Origin: Octopus sinensis
Lineage: Eukaryota
Assembly (NCBI RefSeq): GCF_006345805.1
Contig: NC_042999.1
Coordinates: 75,640,001-75,704,000 of the forward strand
Direction of reading: 5' to 3'
Length of the DNA stretch: 64,000 bases
The notes under the pieces: generated by a model
What the model was told of the DNA's origin: nothing
The model's input: only the letters and a program-made list of their open reading frames with translations
Databases searched by the model: none
In this document: positions 11,705 to 26,269 of the stretch, piece by piece
Position numbering within the stretch: the first letter of the stretch is position 1
Layout: each line of letters starts with the position of its first letter
Made by a program: the position numbers and the translations under genes

Positions 11705-12721
11705 TTAAAAATATGCTATACTTGAGTAACGCAGACATAAAGCGTAAAGCCACAATGTTATAAACAATATATCAGGGATACGCGACTGGGCTTTACTGGA
11801 AGTCCCCCCCATTGATATTAAAATCTACACGAGCCTAACATCAAGGGCGGGGGCTACCATAGAGATCAAAAATATTAAACGAAAATATTTAAGAAGAAAT
11901 GATAGTCAAAAACCCTAACCTCTCTTCAGACAACCCGGGAAAACCAAACACAAAAATAGCCAAGATCTCTAAATGGAAAAGCGCTATTGTTTCCATGTTG
12001 CAAGCAAACTCTTCAAAATCCACCAGAACTATTGACGTACTTACTTTTAAGAAAACCCCCGAGGAAAAGATCCCTGCATGCCAACAAGTAATTATGTGTT
12101 TGTATTTAAGAAATAGGAAACTTGAGAATTGAACATAGAATCGTTAGCACATTTCAAGATGTTAGAAATCGTTTAAAAAATGGTGCAAAAAACTGTGATA
12201 TTCAAGCTGAGAGTGAAGCTATCAAACACATATTCAGCAAATTTCACTTGAAAATAGGAAGCGCGAATACACAAACAATTTTTATATTCTGTCGTTTTGT
12301 TGATCTCTAAATTCCAAACATGTTCTTCGTTTCTTCGTAAGAAAAACTCCATCTTCTTTATAGGAAAATTTCAAAGAAAGATATCAACGCACGTGCGTGA
12401 GCATACACAAACAATATCACACACACACACATACATGCATTATAAGTGCTTAAGGTACATGGAGTAGGATTAACGTTAAAGCATTACTTCATAAAGAACT
12501 CAAAATAAAATGCAGAGTCGTATACATAGTTACATAGATATTTACAAACATTTTTGTGCATGTGTATGTGTGTGTATCCGTGTGTATGTGTTCACATTCA
12601 TGCACCCTCCCCACATATACACACACATGCACACACGCACGCATATATATACATACATATACACAAAACATTTACAACATACAATAGCTCATATGGTTAT
12701 ATATATGTATGTATGTATGCA

Positions 12722-12752
<31 letters not shown>

Positions 12753-12785
12753 GTATATATACACACACAAATATATGTATAATAT

Positions 12786-12861
<76 letters not shown>

Positions 12862-12969
12862 AAAGTACTTACATTCATTCATAGATACGTACATGCGTTC
12901 ATTCATACATACATACATACATACATTCATACATACATACATACGTACATACATACATACACACATACA

Positions 12970-13001
<32 letters not shown>

Positions 13002-14001
13002 CGGGGACAGGTAATGGCCAGGTGCTAGCAATAAATTGATTTCGTCTATCACTACGACCATGCGAAGCCTATAAACGACACGTAATGAGCCAGGCTTGGT
13101 GATACGTGTGTTTGATTAGAATCAATGGGTGGTGGACTATATAAATAAATATAATAAATAACCGAATGCATAAAATAAAATATTAACCCGGTCAAGAACT
13201 ACAGCTGCCCTTCCCTGTCAAGAATTTTTGTAGATGCAAACTTTAAAAAAAAATATTGAATATGTTTATAAATACACATCAAATCTTCAAAAGAACATTG
13301 TGTGCACGTGCGCGTATCTATTCATATAACCAGAATCGTGCACACATACTTATACAAACATGCATATACATACATAAATATACATTGATGTATGTATGTA
13401 TGTATGTGTATGTATTGTGTGTATGTGTGTGCGTGTGCGCGTTCCCGGTGGGTGTAGAAATATACAAATGTGCCTGTGATTGTGTGTGCCTTTTTGCGTG
13501 TGTACGTGTGTCTAAATATCTAAAAGGGTCACCTTTTTCAAAGTTCTCATCAATAATATATTTTATTCATCCCTGTATATCTCAAATACTTTCTCAAACC
13601 TTACGTATGCGTTTATATATTTACATACACAAATGTATACATACACACATTTCCATACATATTTATATTAGCGTGTGTATATGTTAACAAAAATAAGCGA
13701 AGGTGAATAACTCAGATTGGCCAGTGGCATGCATATGAACAATATACAGGTATATAAAAGTTAAGTACTGTATTCAATCGAATTATCTCCGCGTGGAAAT
13801 GATGTTTTCATACTTAGGCCATAAATATGTTCTACTGAATTTGTTTATGCAGTTGTTGTTTTACTACTTAAATATGATAGGATGATGGTCATGCTGATGA
13901 CGCTTATTATGGCCAAAATACGTATCCTCTTATCTCCAGGCAAAAAGCCTGTCCTTTTTCTTGATAACATGGAACATTTGGAGAAATTTTGAAACTTCAT
14001 A

Positions 14002-14069
<68 letters not shown>

Positions 14070-14481
14070 GTTAATTCTTTCAGTTCTTGAATTGTGGCGA
14101 TGCTGGAGGATCGCCTTGAAAATGTGTGTGTATGTGTGTGTGTGTGTGTGCGCGCGCGCGCATGTGAAGATATTTAAACCTCTTACAGGGATTCTTTTAT
14201 CCAAGATTCCCCGGTTTAATATATTATATTATGAAGAGATATTTCTTCAAGAAATATATTATATAAAATATCAAGTATTATTAATAATAGGTTTGAAAAC
14301 GGACAGGTTAAATGGATATAAATTAATTTAACAATTATTTAATATTGCCTACATTTGTTTCACTTTGCACATAATATAAATTATAAAACATATATAATAC
14401 TATAAGTTTGTATTATAAGGTTGTATTTTGAATATCTTGAGTGGAAGATCTTCCTGCTCAATATATATATATATACACATA

Positions 14482-15328
14482 CAGTGTGTGATAGGTAAAT
14501 TCTCACCATTTCATAATTTTTAATTTTGCGCATGCACATAGCTTTTGATTTTGTCGACTACACAGCATAGTAGAGTCAGTTAGGCACCGTTTGTGAGAAA
14601 ACCGGCACCATGACGCAGTTCATTCTATCAGAACTTGGAAACGATATGCTGTACTGCTTGACATTTGCGCCAGAAGCTCCTATACGAACATATAGTGAAC
14701 ACACAGAACAACCGTTCGCTTACCGTGACTCCAAAACATGTACCGAGTGTATTAAAAATAAAACATCCGATCAACATCATGGTGTTTGGAGTGATCACTT
14801 GTGATGGCAACGTTATGCCTTCTTTTATCTTCTCACACGGCCTCAGTCTCAACACAGAGGCCTACATCAAGTACCTGGAGGTGGTAGTACTACCCTGGGT
14901 CAAGAGAGTGGATGCTGGAAGACCTTATATCCGGCAACAGGACTCTGCACTATGCCACAGAAGCAGAACACAGTCACAGTTGTCAGACAATTTCTGAGAT
15001 CACACCAGCCCTAACATCTGGCCACCTAACTCCCCAGACTGTAACCCCTTGATTATTGTGTGGGGCACAGTTAAGCTAGAGATCAGCAGAACTCAGTGTA
15101 TCATGGACTATGGCAACATTCACCAACAAGGAGACCGACCAGATTTGCAGGCGATTCCGAAGTCGTCTGGAAGGTGTGGTTGAAGCCAATGGCGATTTTA
15201 TTGAATATATTTGCCCTTTAGTATTTCAAGATATTTTTCTGTAATTTTGGTAAATACATCTGTTAAAATGAGATGCCAGTGTTATTTTCACTTTTGCGCA
15301 ATTTAGACGACAATATATTCACTGAACC

Positions 15329-15331
<3 letters not shown>
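14482..15331 (+). mobile_element. maT (DD37D-type Tc1/mariner) relic, N-terminal region deleted
   Basis: KHPINIMVFGVIT...QQDSALCH...IWPPNSPDCNPLDY; 36 residues between the last two Asp in this copy (one codon apparently lost). TA|CAG...CTG|TA ends, but the TIRs are poorly matched. Confidence 0.85.
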
Positions 15332-15407
<76 letters not shown>

Positions 15408-15542
15408 TAGCAGTGAGATGTCGGGTTGTCAGTTATAACTGAGTGTGGATTTGTCGTGGTAATCAACAAATATACTGTTTTCTTTTGTAAATATATTACC
15501 AGTTATAATCCTCAAGTTAAGCTGCGTTTATATGTGTATATA

Positions 15543-16815
15543 CGAAGGACGTTCAATAAGTAATGCCTCTGACCCACTGACATTTTCCATGTGCAATTAT
15601 TTATATCTCTATAGATGAAGTGGCAAATTACAGCTCTGAACTAATTGTGGTTTCTGATTTACAGGTGTTTGAACTGAGTCAAGTGTGAAATGGATCCTGT
15701 TGAGTGTCGAGCAGTGATCCGGTTTTTGTATTTGAAAGGACGCACACCACGGGAGATTTTTGATGAAATGAAAGTAACTTATGGTGATGATGCCCCATCA
15801 TATGACCTTGTGAAAACGCTGGCATTGGGAATTCAAACATAGTCGGAACTCTGTGGAAACAGCTCCCAGATCTGGTCGCCCCCCTTCTGCCATTGATGAG
15901 GCATCTGTCCGTCAAGTTGAGGCTGCCATTTTAGAAGATCAACGCATAATTATTCGCCAAATAGCCCATGAGGTCAAGATTAGTGCCGGGTCTGTGGAAA
16001 CTATCATTCATGACCATTTGCATATGCAAAAGGTGTCTGCCAGATGGATTCCCATGTTGCTCACACCTTTCCAGAAGCAAGAACGAGTCGAGTGCTCGAG
16101 GATGAATTTGGAGATGTGCCAAGAAGATGAGTCAAAATTTTTCAAAAGACTGATTACACAGGATGAACTCTGGGTTCATCACTATGATCCAGAGACCAAA
16201 GCCCAGTCAATGCAGTGGAAGCACCGTGACTCACCTTCCTCCAAAGAAGGCAAGGGTGCAGCCCTCCGCTGGCAAGGTCATGCTCACAGTCTTCTGGGAC
16301 CAGGACGGAATAGTGATGACAGATTTCCTGGCAAAGGGTACCAAAATTACAGGAGCCTATTATGCTTCACTTTTGAGGAAATTAAGAGAAGCTATCAAAA
16401 TCAAGAGGCGGGGCAAGATCAGCAAAAGTATCCTCCTCCTGCAGGACAACGCTCCGGTCTACAACTCGCGTGTCGCCAGATCAGAAGCACAGGCGTGCGG
16501 CTATGAACTCCTCCCCCATCCCCCTACTTTCCTGACCTTGCACCCCCTGAATTTCACCTCTTCCCAGCCATGAAGTTTTTTTTTAAAGGAAAGTGTTTCC
16601 CAGATGATGCAGCCTTGTATTCTGAAGTCACGTCGTGGTTGGCGGACCAAGCTGGGGTCTTCTACAAAAACGGTCCCAGAGCTGCATCAAGCAATGGGAG
16701 AAATGCGTAACTTTGGATGGTTTCTATGTAGAAAAAGACTAATAACTGTGCCAAGTTTCGTTTCTCTAATGCTATGGGAAGTGGGTCAGGGGCATTACTT
16801 ATTGAACGCCCCTCG
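15543..16815 (+). mobile_element. Full-length mariner element (irritans-like), 1273 bp
   Basis: 35-bp TIRs cgaaggacgttcaataagtaatgcctctgacccac / gtgggtcaggggcattacttattgaacgcccctcg (3 mismatches); TA duplication on both sides. Confidence 0.95.
15690..16742 (+). pseudogene. Mariner DD34D transposase pseudogene (frameshifted)
   Basis: MDPVECRAVIRFLYLKG...RSGRP...WIPMLLT...ITQDELWVHHYDPETK...VMLTVFWD...LLQDNAP...LLPHPP..PDL; at least three frameshifts. Confidence 0.93.
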
Positions 16816-17702
16816 TACATAAATAAAAGTCGCTATATCTTAATGAGTTATTCGCGAGAGGTTTAGAGGTGTAGATAGAATGTTAGATGTAATAATAAAT
16901 CGTAGCGGCGTTCAGCATGTATGTTGAAGGTACCGACATTTCACTAGCAGGTTATAAGACAGTTTAAATAGGATAAAAAAATGTTGTTTTTGAAAGCAAG
17001 GTGAAACTATCTGTAGAAGTGAATTTAAGAAGTTATAATTATCATAAGAATGCCATTTCGTTTCTTCACTCTGGGTTGACTGTATTTTCTCGTGTTGACA
17101 AGATTGAGTATCTCTTCATAAAGGTGCATGCGAATAAATCGTTAACTAATTCATTTCCTTTATAATCATACAGAGTTCGTACAGATAATACCAAGAAAAG
17201 AAGGACTGGATTTAACACCAATCATTTATTTACAGAAATTAAAAATATATACAATGAATTTATCACAACATTATAATGAGAGGAAAAATTGCAGTACATG
17301 TTATAATGAAGAAAAACATGATTTAAAAGGAATATGTCGTGAGAATGACGACAGGAATAAGTTTCTTAGCTAGTTCTTCAAAACTACACTAAAAAGGTCA
17401 TGAAGAATGAACAATGCAAAATAGAATTGCCAGAATGAGTGACGAGGTCCCGAGTGGCAAACCAAGTGTCACTAAATAATTTCCCCAAAACATCTGGGTT
17501 TTTTATAACTGCCGTAAACCTGATTCTAAGAATCTTTCTCCATTGAAAAGAAACTTTTCACGAAGATTACAATCAATGTATGGTCAATGAAAAAGCGTAA
17601 GACTTTTATAAACAAAAGACAACCGACACGACTATGACGTCATTCTGCTGCTGCTGTTAAAGTCTTATAACCGCTACCATATGTACACATACATATACAT
17701 AC

Positions 17703-17798
<96 letters not shown>

Positions 17799-17961
17799 AT
17801 ATATCTATGTATATATATATATATATACACACATATATATATATATATATACACATATATATATATACACATATATATGTATATATATATATATAATATA
17901 TTTATACATATATATACATATATGTATTCATATATATATATGTATATATGTATACATGTGC

Positions 17962-18038
<77 letters not shown>

Positions 18039-18320
18039 CTAGTAGCGAAGCCCGGTTTCACCAGGTCGGTTTGAATGATATGGCTGTAAAACCTGCTCTG
18101 TGTAAGCATTCGACTTGTTTGGGCACGCTTGCGTTAAAAAAAAATTAGAATGACATTTTTCTGTCAAAACGCTAAAATAACTGAGAAAACAACTAGGATT
18201 CTACCAAATCAAAAAATGAGCTCAAACACCTAGCGAACAAAGATGAACTATCCCACTTCCATTGCGCGTGTACAAACACACACACACACACACTCACATA
18301 CCCCCCTTTTATATACACAC
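18039..18320 (-). mobile_element. Non-autonomous Helitron-like element
   Basis: Minus-strand end cctggtgaaaccggg hairpin + cttcgcta-CTAG|T; 5' end tatataaaagggggtatg followed by a (GT)n tract. Confidence 0.6.
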
Positions 18321-18659
18321 ACATATTCACACAGAGTTGAAATGCTCACCCCTTCCTTCTTTATTCATCTATCATCCCTTCCTTTCTCATTCATAAACGC
18401 AAGAGTATTATTATAGTAGACTATCTCGGTAACCATGGGAGCTGTGAAAAAAATACAAAGCCTAGCATCACCACCGGATCATTATACACATCTGTGTAAT
18501 TTTTCGCGCAATTCCATCCAGCCATTTGACCATGAATCCCAAGACAAGAAAGAATCGCCCATGTCAAATTTATATGTATAGTTATATACATATATATATG
18601 CATATATACGCATATATATATGTGCATAGTTATATATACATATATATATACATACGTAC

Positions 18660-19015
18660 AGAGTTTGACCACCTCCTGTACCTACACCTTAGCACCATCA
18701 TGGCGTCTGATGTGGCTTTTTAAACCAAACAATGTTCTGAAAAGGCACCCACCTAGATTGCACCTCTGATTTGGACCACCTATACCTGCAGATAAGTTCT
18801 GCTCTTTGTGGATCTTAACATGACTTTTGAGGCCTCCATTGGATTTGCAGACCTTATGGATTACACTGCATTCAAAGGTTTGCACAGACGTATAGTCAGA
18901 ATAGTTGATGGAGGTTTGTTTTCCATGCATTCGCTGATGAGATTTGAGGCCAGCCAAAGACAGGCATGGTCAATTACAGACTGTGCACACAAAAAGGTCA
19001 TTGTCATTCACCTTT
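18660..19015 (-). pseudogene. Three tandem C2H2-like zinc fingers, probably the C-terminus/3' end of an RTE-like LINE
   Basis: [20 protein letters not shown]; CSVIHKVCKSNGGLKSHVKIH; CNLGGCLFRTLFGLKSHIRRH. Linkers are not TGEKP-type; one in-frame stop. Confidence 0.65.
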
Positions 19016-19055
19016 TTGATCGTTACCTTCTTCCTTATATATATATATATATATA

Positions 19056-19091
<36 letters not shown>

Positions 19092-19141
19092 TATATATAC
19101 ACACACATATATATGTATATATATACATATATATATGTATA

Positions 19142-19181
<40 letters not shown>

Positions 19182-19631
19182 TATATATATATAATATATA
19201 TATATTATATATATATATCTATATATATATATAACATATATATATATACATATGTATAATAAAACAAGAGGACGTACACATGGAATGTATTAGTCCAACG
19301 CTCAGGAGAAGTGGAAAGAAGAGTAGGTTTTTAACACTGAACATAGCTTTTCGTCAGAAAGGAAAACGGAAAAGTCCATATATACGCATATGTATACACA
19401 TACTGTACGTGTATTTTGATATGCTGACGTATATCTTATTTATATTCACCGGCACTCTCATTTATGTGTTTAGGTATGTGTTTTTATAGTTTACTCCAGT
19501 ACTATCCAGGGAAGTACACTTATCACCCGTATATAAATTTACGACACCTTGATCTGTAACTAGTTTGATAAGTGCTAATACATGAAACTCTCGGCCCTTC
19601 AGTCACTCTTGCTTCTGCTAACTATATATAC

Positions 19632-19676
<45 letters not shown>

Positions 19677-19739
19677 TATATATGTATATATATATTCTCA
19701 GGTTCTGAGATCTATTTTTTTTGCATCACCAAACCTAAC

Positions 19740-19832
<93 letters not shown>

Positions 19833-20131
19833 ATATACATATATAAGTAATATGGGTGGCTTATTAGCAATTTAACAACCTAAAGGCAAATTTATAGACG
19901 TCACTAAGGTGATAGAGTGTACGAAGTTGTACTGGCATTACTAGAAATAAGGCAAACCGACTCACTATCTACAACAGTACTATCTTAATGATTGACAAGG
20001 GAGATAAGCTCCCTTTGCAGACAGCCATATCATCGGTGATTTCAAATTTTGGTGTAGTCCATCTTAATTCTCATCGGTGACTCTTACCGTGCCTAGGGTT
20101 AAACTCAGCTAACCATGTCAGTTTATAAGGT

Positions 20132-20240
<109 letters not shown>

Positions 20241-20252
20241 TAGTACATAATA

Positions 20253-20474
20253 TCTTTTATCATTTACTTGTTTCAGTCATTAGACCACAGCCATGTTTAG
20301 TACCGCTATAAAGAAATTTAGAAAAAGAAATCGACCCCAGAACATATTTTTTAAGCCTCGTTTTTATTCCATCAGACTCTTTTGCCGAATCACTAATTTA
20401 CGGGGGCGTGAAGACACCAACACCGGTTGTCAAGCGGTTGTAGAGGACAAACACAGACGCAAACACATACACAC

Positions 20475-20544
<70 letters not shown>

Positions 20545-20690
20545 TACGATGGGCTTCTTTAAGTTTCCGACTACCAAATCCATATATGAGGCTTTATTTA
20601 TAGAAAAAGACACTTGCCCACGATACACTGCTGTAAAACTGAACTCAGAACTATGTGGGTGGGAAACAAACTTTTTATCACACAGTCGGA
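20253..20690 (-). mobile_element. SINE family A, full length with central (CA)n
   Basis: Reverse complement of the head, body and tail seen at 27027-27456. Confidence 0.85.
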
Positions 20691-21521
20691 GAGATAGAGG
20701 AGGAGGAGGAGGAGGAGGAGGAGGAGGAGGAGGAGGAAGAAGAAGAGGAAGAGGAGGAGAAGAAGAAGAAGAAGAAGAAGAAGAGGAGGAGGGAGATTTT
20801 ATGGTTTTGATCGACGAGGACTGAACTGGAGTTGGATAATAATAGTGGGGTTTAGACCAATACGCTGAAAAACCAAGTCACTCGACTACCTGCAAGTTTT
20901 GAAAAAAAATTGCTTAGTCATTTTTCATTTCGATGAATCAATAACATAGATCACCCATCGATAGATGCATCTGATCAATAAAAATCAAGCAGGATCGATA
21001 AAGGACGAAGGAATTTTACGACATTGATCTAAATACACACTCGCATACACTCACATATATACACACCGGTTTCTACAAAATACATAAAAAGTAAAAAATG
21101 TACATATATAAAATAAATTAAATAAAAGACAAATATATAAATGAAAAAGAGAAAAATAAAAGCGGAAAAAAGTCCGCAGCAAGAATTAGTGAATAACCAA
21201 TCAAAAAAGCGATGGAAATTTTAAGGCGTTACAGCTATATATTTTTAAGTTTTATTATATTTGCTTCTTTTGATGTTTAAATGAATTTATTATTTGATAG
21301 CGAAAACACACATTAACTTACCTTGATGTAAACGAATAAAAACAAATATTAGTAATTTTACATGAAAGAGAACTGACAACGAAATACAAAGGGAGAAAAT
21401 ACGAAATTGTACATGCATACCATATACACTCGCGCATACAAACACACATACAGGTTAACACAAACAGAAACACGCACACACCTGTACATACGCTCAAACA
21501 CACTAACATTATTCATATGCA

Positions 21522-21567
<46 letters not shown>

Positions 21568-21628
21568 CATATATATATTTATGTATGTATATATATATGT
21601 ATACATATATATGTATTTATGCACATAT

Positions 21629-21677
<49 letters not shown>

Positions 21678-21821
21678 ACATATATATGTATTTATGCACA
21701 TATATATATATATATATGTATACATATATGTATGTATATATATATGTATACATATATATATTTATGTATGTATATATATATATGTCTGTATACATATATA
21801 TATATATATATATATGTATGT

Positions 21822-21894
<73 letters not shown>

Positions 21895-23499
21895 CGTACA
21901 TGCACAGATATACTCACACATACACATATTGTTGTTTATTGTGTATAAGAATGTGCCTGAATTATCATGCATGCGTTTATGTGCTGTGTGTATATGTATG
22001 TGTGCATAGATACATGTATATATACGTATATATATATATAATAGAGAGAGAGAGAGGAGAGAGTGAGTGAGAAAGAAAAAGCGATATATATATATATCTA
22101 CACACACATACACACAGATGTATGTGCATATATGTATTTACTTACATGTAAGTACACACCAACACACACGGCACAACTGTATGTGTAAGCATACATACAA
22201 ACCCACAAATTTACCTAGATTTACACATACATACTTTCACACATATACATATAGATACACATACACATGCGTACACGCCATACATACATACATAATAGAC
22301 AGTCAGGTTTACTCCTCACATATAAGCTAATAAACGTTAGAATTTTCAATTTACGTATGATGTTGGAACTACAAAAGTCATGGTAGAAATAGATAAAGAT
22401 AAAGCATTCAAGTAGTTTTTATATCATAGTCTGTCTGTAACTGAAGTAATCAAAGTGTATCAGTGTTTCTATCGCGACTTTTGTACCCAGAGGAAAACTG
22501 GCTTTTGAAACAGGAATCTTACTCTACTTGTTTATACAACTATATGTTACACACACACACACACGTTTATACGCACATATGTGTGTGTGTGTGTAAATAC
22601 ATACATACAAACATACATAATTACATACACACACACGCGCGCACACACACACACATACGTTTATACGCACATATATGTGTATGTAAATACATACATACAT
22701 ACATACATAAACACACAAACACATACATATATATACACACACACACACTTCTTTTCCACATTCTTCTCTTACCATCATCCTTTTCTTCTCCTTATTCTCT
22801 TCCTCCTCCTTCTCCTCCTCCTCTTCTCCCGCCTTCTTAAATCCATTAGACGATCTTAACGCTTAGGCTTTTGTTTTCCCAGTTACATGACTCAAGAACA
22901 TTGTACAAAATGCTTGTCCAAGAATCTACGCTGCAAGATCGATCCTGAGACCTTGAGATAGCGAAGTGAATGTCTTACCAATCCCACCATACTAGCTATA
23001 TTGTCATCGTACTAGTCACCACGTCGATCACCATATCAAATTCCGTGTCAATGGCAAATACTATTTCTAGCAGTTTGGGCAAACACATACAGAAAACGTT
23101 GTTAGGTCGTTAGCTTGTTGCTAGAAGTTGGCAGTATAGGATTATCTGTTTCATTACTGTAAATAGTCTGAAAATCGTTAAATGAGTGATTCATCTGAAC
23201 TGCAAAGGAAATTTCAATTCTCTCTAAAAAAAAATCTTGCGCATTCGTTTAATGTAGTAGATCTCTGGTTCAATTTGAACCGAAACTGTTTGGTTTTTAA
23301 TTGCGAAAATTTTCATAAACACAAAGAGGATTTTTCTTATTGAGGAATGACATAGGCAAAAGTTTGCCCAATGAAATTACATATGAACTTGCCACAGATT
23401 TATTTCAGATTTATTCTGGAGCACATAAAAGAGACTATATCTGAAGAAAAAGGAGAGAACTTAACAGGCTGGCTGAGTAACCGGCTGAATGTCATGATT

Positions 23500-23910
23500 T
23501 TAACAACAGATCAGCATGAGAACTTTCATTACCAAAAAAAAAAATGGAAAAGGAAACTGGGACATTGAGAAAATGGAATACAAACTATTCATTTGCCAAT
23601 AAACAAAAGACCACTGTCCAAACCATCGCTCTACTTATCAAAAAACAAAATTCTCCTCAATAATGCTAAAGAAACGGCGAAGATTCTACAAAAACCATAC
23701 TACAATATTTATAGTGATACCATTGAAGCTGATTTAGAGAGCGTCAAATAATTAACTCTAAGTTTTTTATCTCCAAACATCTCGGTACGCCAAATATTAT
23801 CGGTGTAATAAACCAAATAAAACATTATCCGACTGTAATTCCGTATAGATTTCCGACTAATGTCCTGAAAGAAACCCGACATCAACTTGCATCTCCAGCT
23901 ATTGGCTGAA
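23500..23910 (+). pseudogene. Highly degenerate CR1-like ORF2 fragment
   Basis: NNAKETAKILQK and RFPTNVLKETRHQLASP resemble the CR1 pre-RT motifs KE.AEIL and GPD.FPA.VLKEC..QLA.PL. Confidence 0.45.
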
Positions 23911-24024
23911 GAAAATCCCTAGGCATAGGTTATATATCTAGTTGTTTTACTCAAAAAAAAAAAGGAAGAAAGAAAAAACGGAATCAGGTTACTCGCAACA
24001 ATCAACCTTGAGAATTTGATGAGA

Positions 24025-24720
24025 TCAAGAATAACTGATTTCATGTAGAGCAACAATTTTCCAAATTCTAGCCAGCAAAGCTGTCGATGTAACAAAATCT
24101 TCCTGACAGTTCGACTTTAGCAAGTCTTTCACTTGAACTGACAATAATATTCTGTTGTTAAGATTGTTCAACATTGGTGTTCGTGGAAAATTGTTGCAGT
24201 GGAAAAAGTGCTTTTTGTTATGCATACCCCATGTTGGAATTGATGGAATCCACTCCAGCTCAGAAAAAAGTCCATAGAAGTGTTCCCCAGAGAATGTGTT
24301 GGAACTAAATTTCTTAATAATTTACATAAAAGCATCACAAATACCTTTAAACATGGCAAAATATTCGCAGCTAACTTTTAATACCCAGAATGATACCAAT
24401 GGAAAAGGTGACCGAATAAAATTTCTGTCTGATTCACATGCTGTAAACTGACAAAAATTAACGCTATTAAATTGGGATAAAATCTGGACACATTCACTTT
24501 AGAACGGGGATGTGTTTAATCAACAATGTCTCTTCTCGTAAGAAAATTGTTAATGGCATCTAACAACATCAGAGAGTTAGAAGTAATTGTTGACAACCTC
24601 AGGTGAAGTACTTTCATCAGCAATAAAGTTGATATGGCACGCACAATGCGTTTCTGGATTCTCAGAACACTGGTCCAGATGTTAGCATTCTTCTTTTCTC
24701 TTCCTTTACGAGGTCTCAAC
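24025..24720 (-). pseudogene. Highly degenerate LINE RT fragment
   Basis: QFQHG...KSTFSTA and LSVQVKDLLKS weakly match RT motifs QFGF..ST / DLSKAFD. Confidence 0.3.
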
Positions 24721-25244
24721 TGGAATAAATGCTATGATGGTCATTAATTGTCCCGCTACCAAATAAAACATTACATGCATTATATAATTACGGGTTCGCT
24801 TCTAAGCATCATTTGTACAATGTAGAAAATAAACCATTAGCGTTGACCAAATGATCATAACATTGCGTATTAAAATCACTAGGACTTGGGGACTTCGGGT
24901 CTCTATGTCGCTTACACAGATCAAATCCACTACATTGTGACACAAATATCTTACTTTAACTGACCTTGCTTTAATTAACATTATTCTAAAGGATAGAAGA
25001 AAAGAAACACCACGTAACTTTCAGATGACCATTAAACAAATTCCTTCAAGAAATATCAGACAAGCAACCGGTCAAACTTGACTATAACTTCATAGGCGAA
25101 TAAGCTTTGGTGACTCAAAACATGACCCTTCTTTCACTCGAGCCCATTATTTTAATCTTACTTTGGTTTTGGTGTATTTGCATTCGGCTGCGTAAGGCAG
25201 AATGATACTGTGAAAACCGTAACTTCCTTTCACTGTGAATACCC

Positions 25245-26130
25245 GTGTTTCCTGCAGAGGAGCGATATCGACGTTCAGTCTTTTGAGCTCCTCGTTGATG
25301 ACTGCTATTTTCCTGGCGTCACTGATGTCCTGAAGGTCCTGGGAGAGGCCAAGCATCATTGACGGGACATTCCAACATCCCAGTTTTAGAGCTAGTCTGT
25401 TTTTGATAGCTTTTCTATTTCTGCCTGGTACTGTAGTTGATGATCTGCTTGTCGGGTGTTCTCCTAATCCCCATGCATCCAACGAGGAAAGCTAGCCGTG
25501 ACGGGACAACACCTTACTGACTGAGGTCTGCCTAACTTGAGGCGGGTGGTAACTGTCCAATGAGACTCGAAGATCTCTCCCACCGTCGGAAGCAACCCCT
25601 GGCGCCGCACTCTACGCCAATTGAGTAAAGGCTTATAACGGTATCTGTTGCTTCCCGTGTTGTGTCGACACCAAATAAATGGCGAAGCTGGAGTGTCCTC
25701 TCTAGGTGCAAGTGTGCATGTTTAATGATGGCGTGGATGGATCTGAGCCTGGGCAATGTGGTATGGAGAACAGGCTGTTGCCCATGCAACTTGTCTCCCC
25801 TTTTCCACCTCGCTGACGAATCCAAAGGAACAGTTTGGTGCCGACGTGGTCGCAGGAGCTGCCAGGACGAAGCTGAAGTCAACATCGAACTGCCTTAAGA
25901 GCTCCGACTCCTGATTTTTTCGAGGTTTACTCCTGAAGCCTTCCATGTCATAAGGTATCCCGCAAGACGGCAGAGGTTTGAAATCAGGGTTTCCCTTCCC
26001 CCAGGTAGACTGCCTTCCCGGATTGACGAGCCTCACCTGCTCGAAGCAACTGGTTTTGAGGCGCCAGATACCCGCCTTTGTCCCTTCTCCCGTCAGTGGT
26101 AGCAGTTCTGATGGGTTTAGAAGCTAAACC
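25245..26130 (-). mobile_element. RTE-clade LINE 5' end: GC-rich 5' UTR and N-terminus of the AP endonuclease, 3'-truncated
   Basis: LKLGCWNVPSMMLGLSQDLQDISDARKIAVINEELKRLNVDIAPLQETR (WNV..., ALQETR motifs); homology stops right after QETR. Confidence 0.85.
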
Positions 26131-26269
26131 GCAATACATATACAATTACAGAACACAATATACAATATGTACACACACATGCTGAAAGACAATTTATACA
26201 ATACGCACACTCAGCGTTTAAAATGCAATATATACAATACACACACACAAACACTCCACAAATACACGT

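Noticed and set aside
17436-17473. gtgacga-ggtc...ggc-aaa-c...gtc hammerhead-like motif
   Set aside because: The core has a G3/G8 mismatch, G12 is missing and stem I does not pair.
18682-18957. Host C2H2 zinc-finger gene exon
   Set aside because: No TGEKP linkers, an in-frame stop and degenerate Cys positions; a retroelement origin fits better.
20028-20083. Minus-strand ccgatga-gaatt...aattt-gaaa motif
   Set aside because: U4 is changed, position 17 is G and stem I pairs only 3 bp; too degenerate to call.
25980-26080. HDV-like ribozyme in the RTE 5' UTR
   Set aside because: gcctca/tgaggc could form P1, but L3, P1.1 and P2 could not be assigned convincingly by eye.
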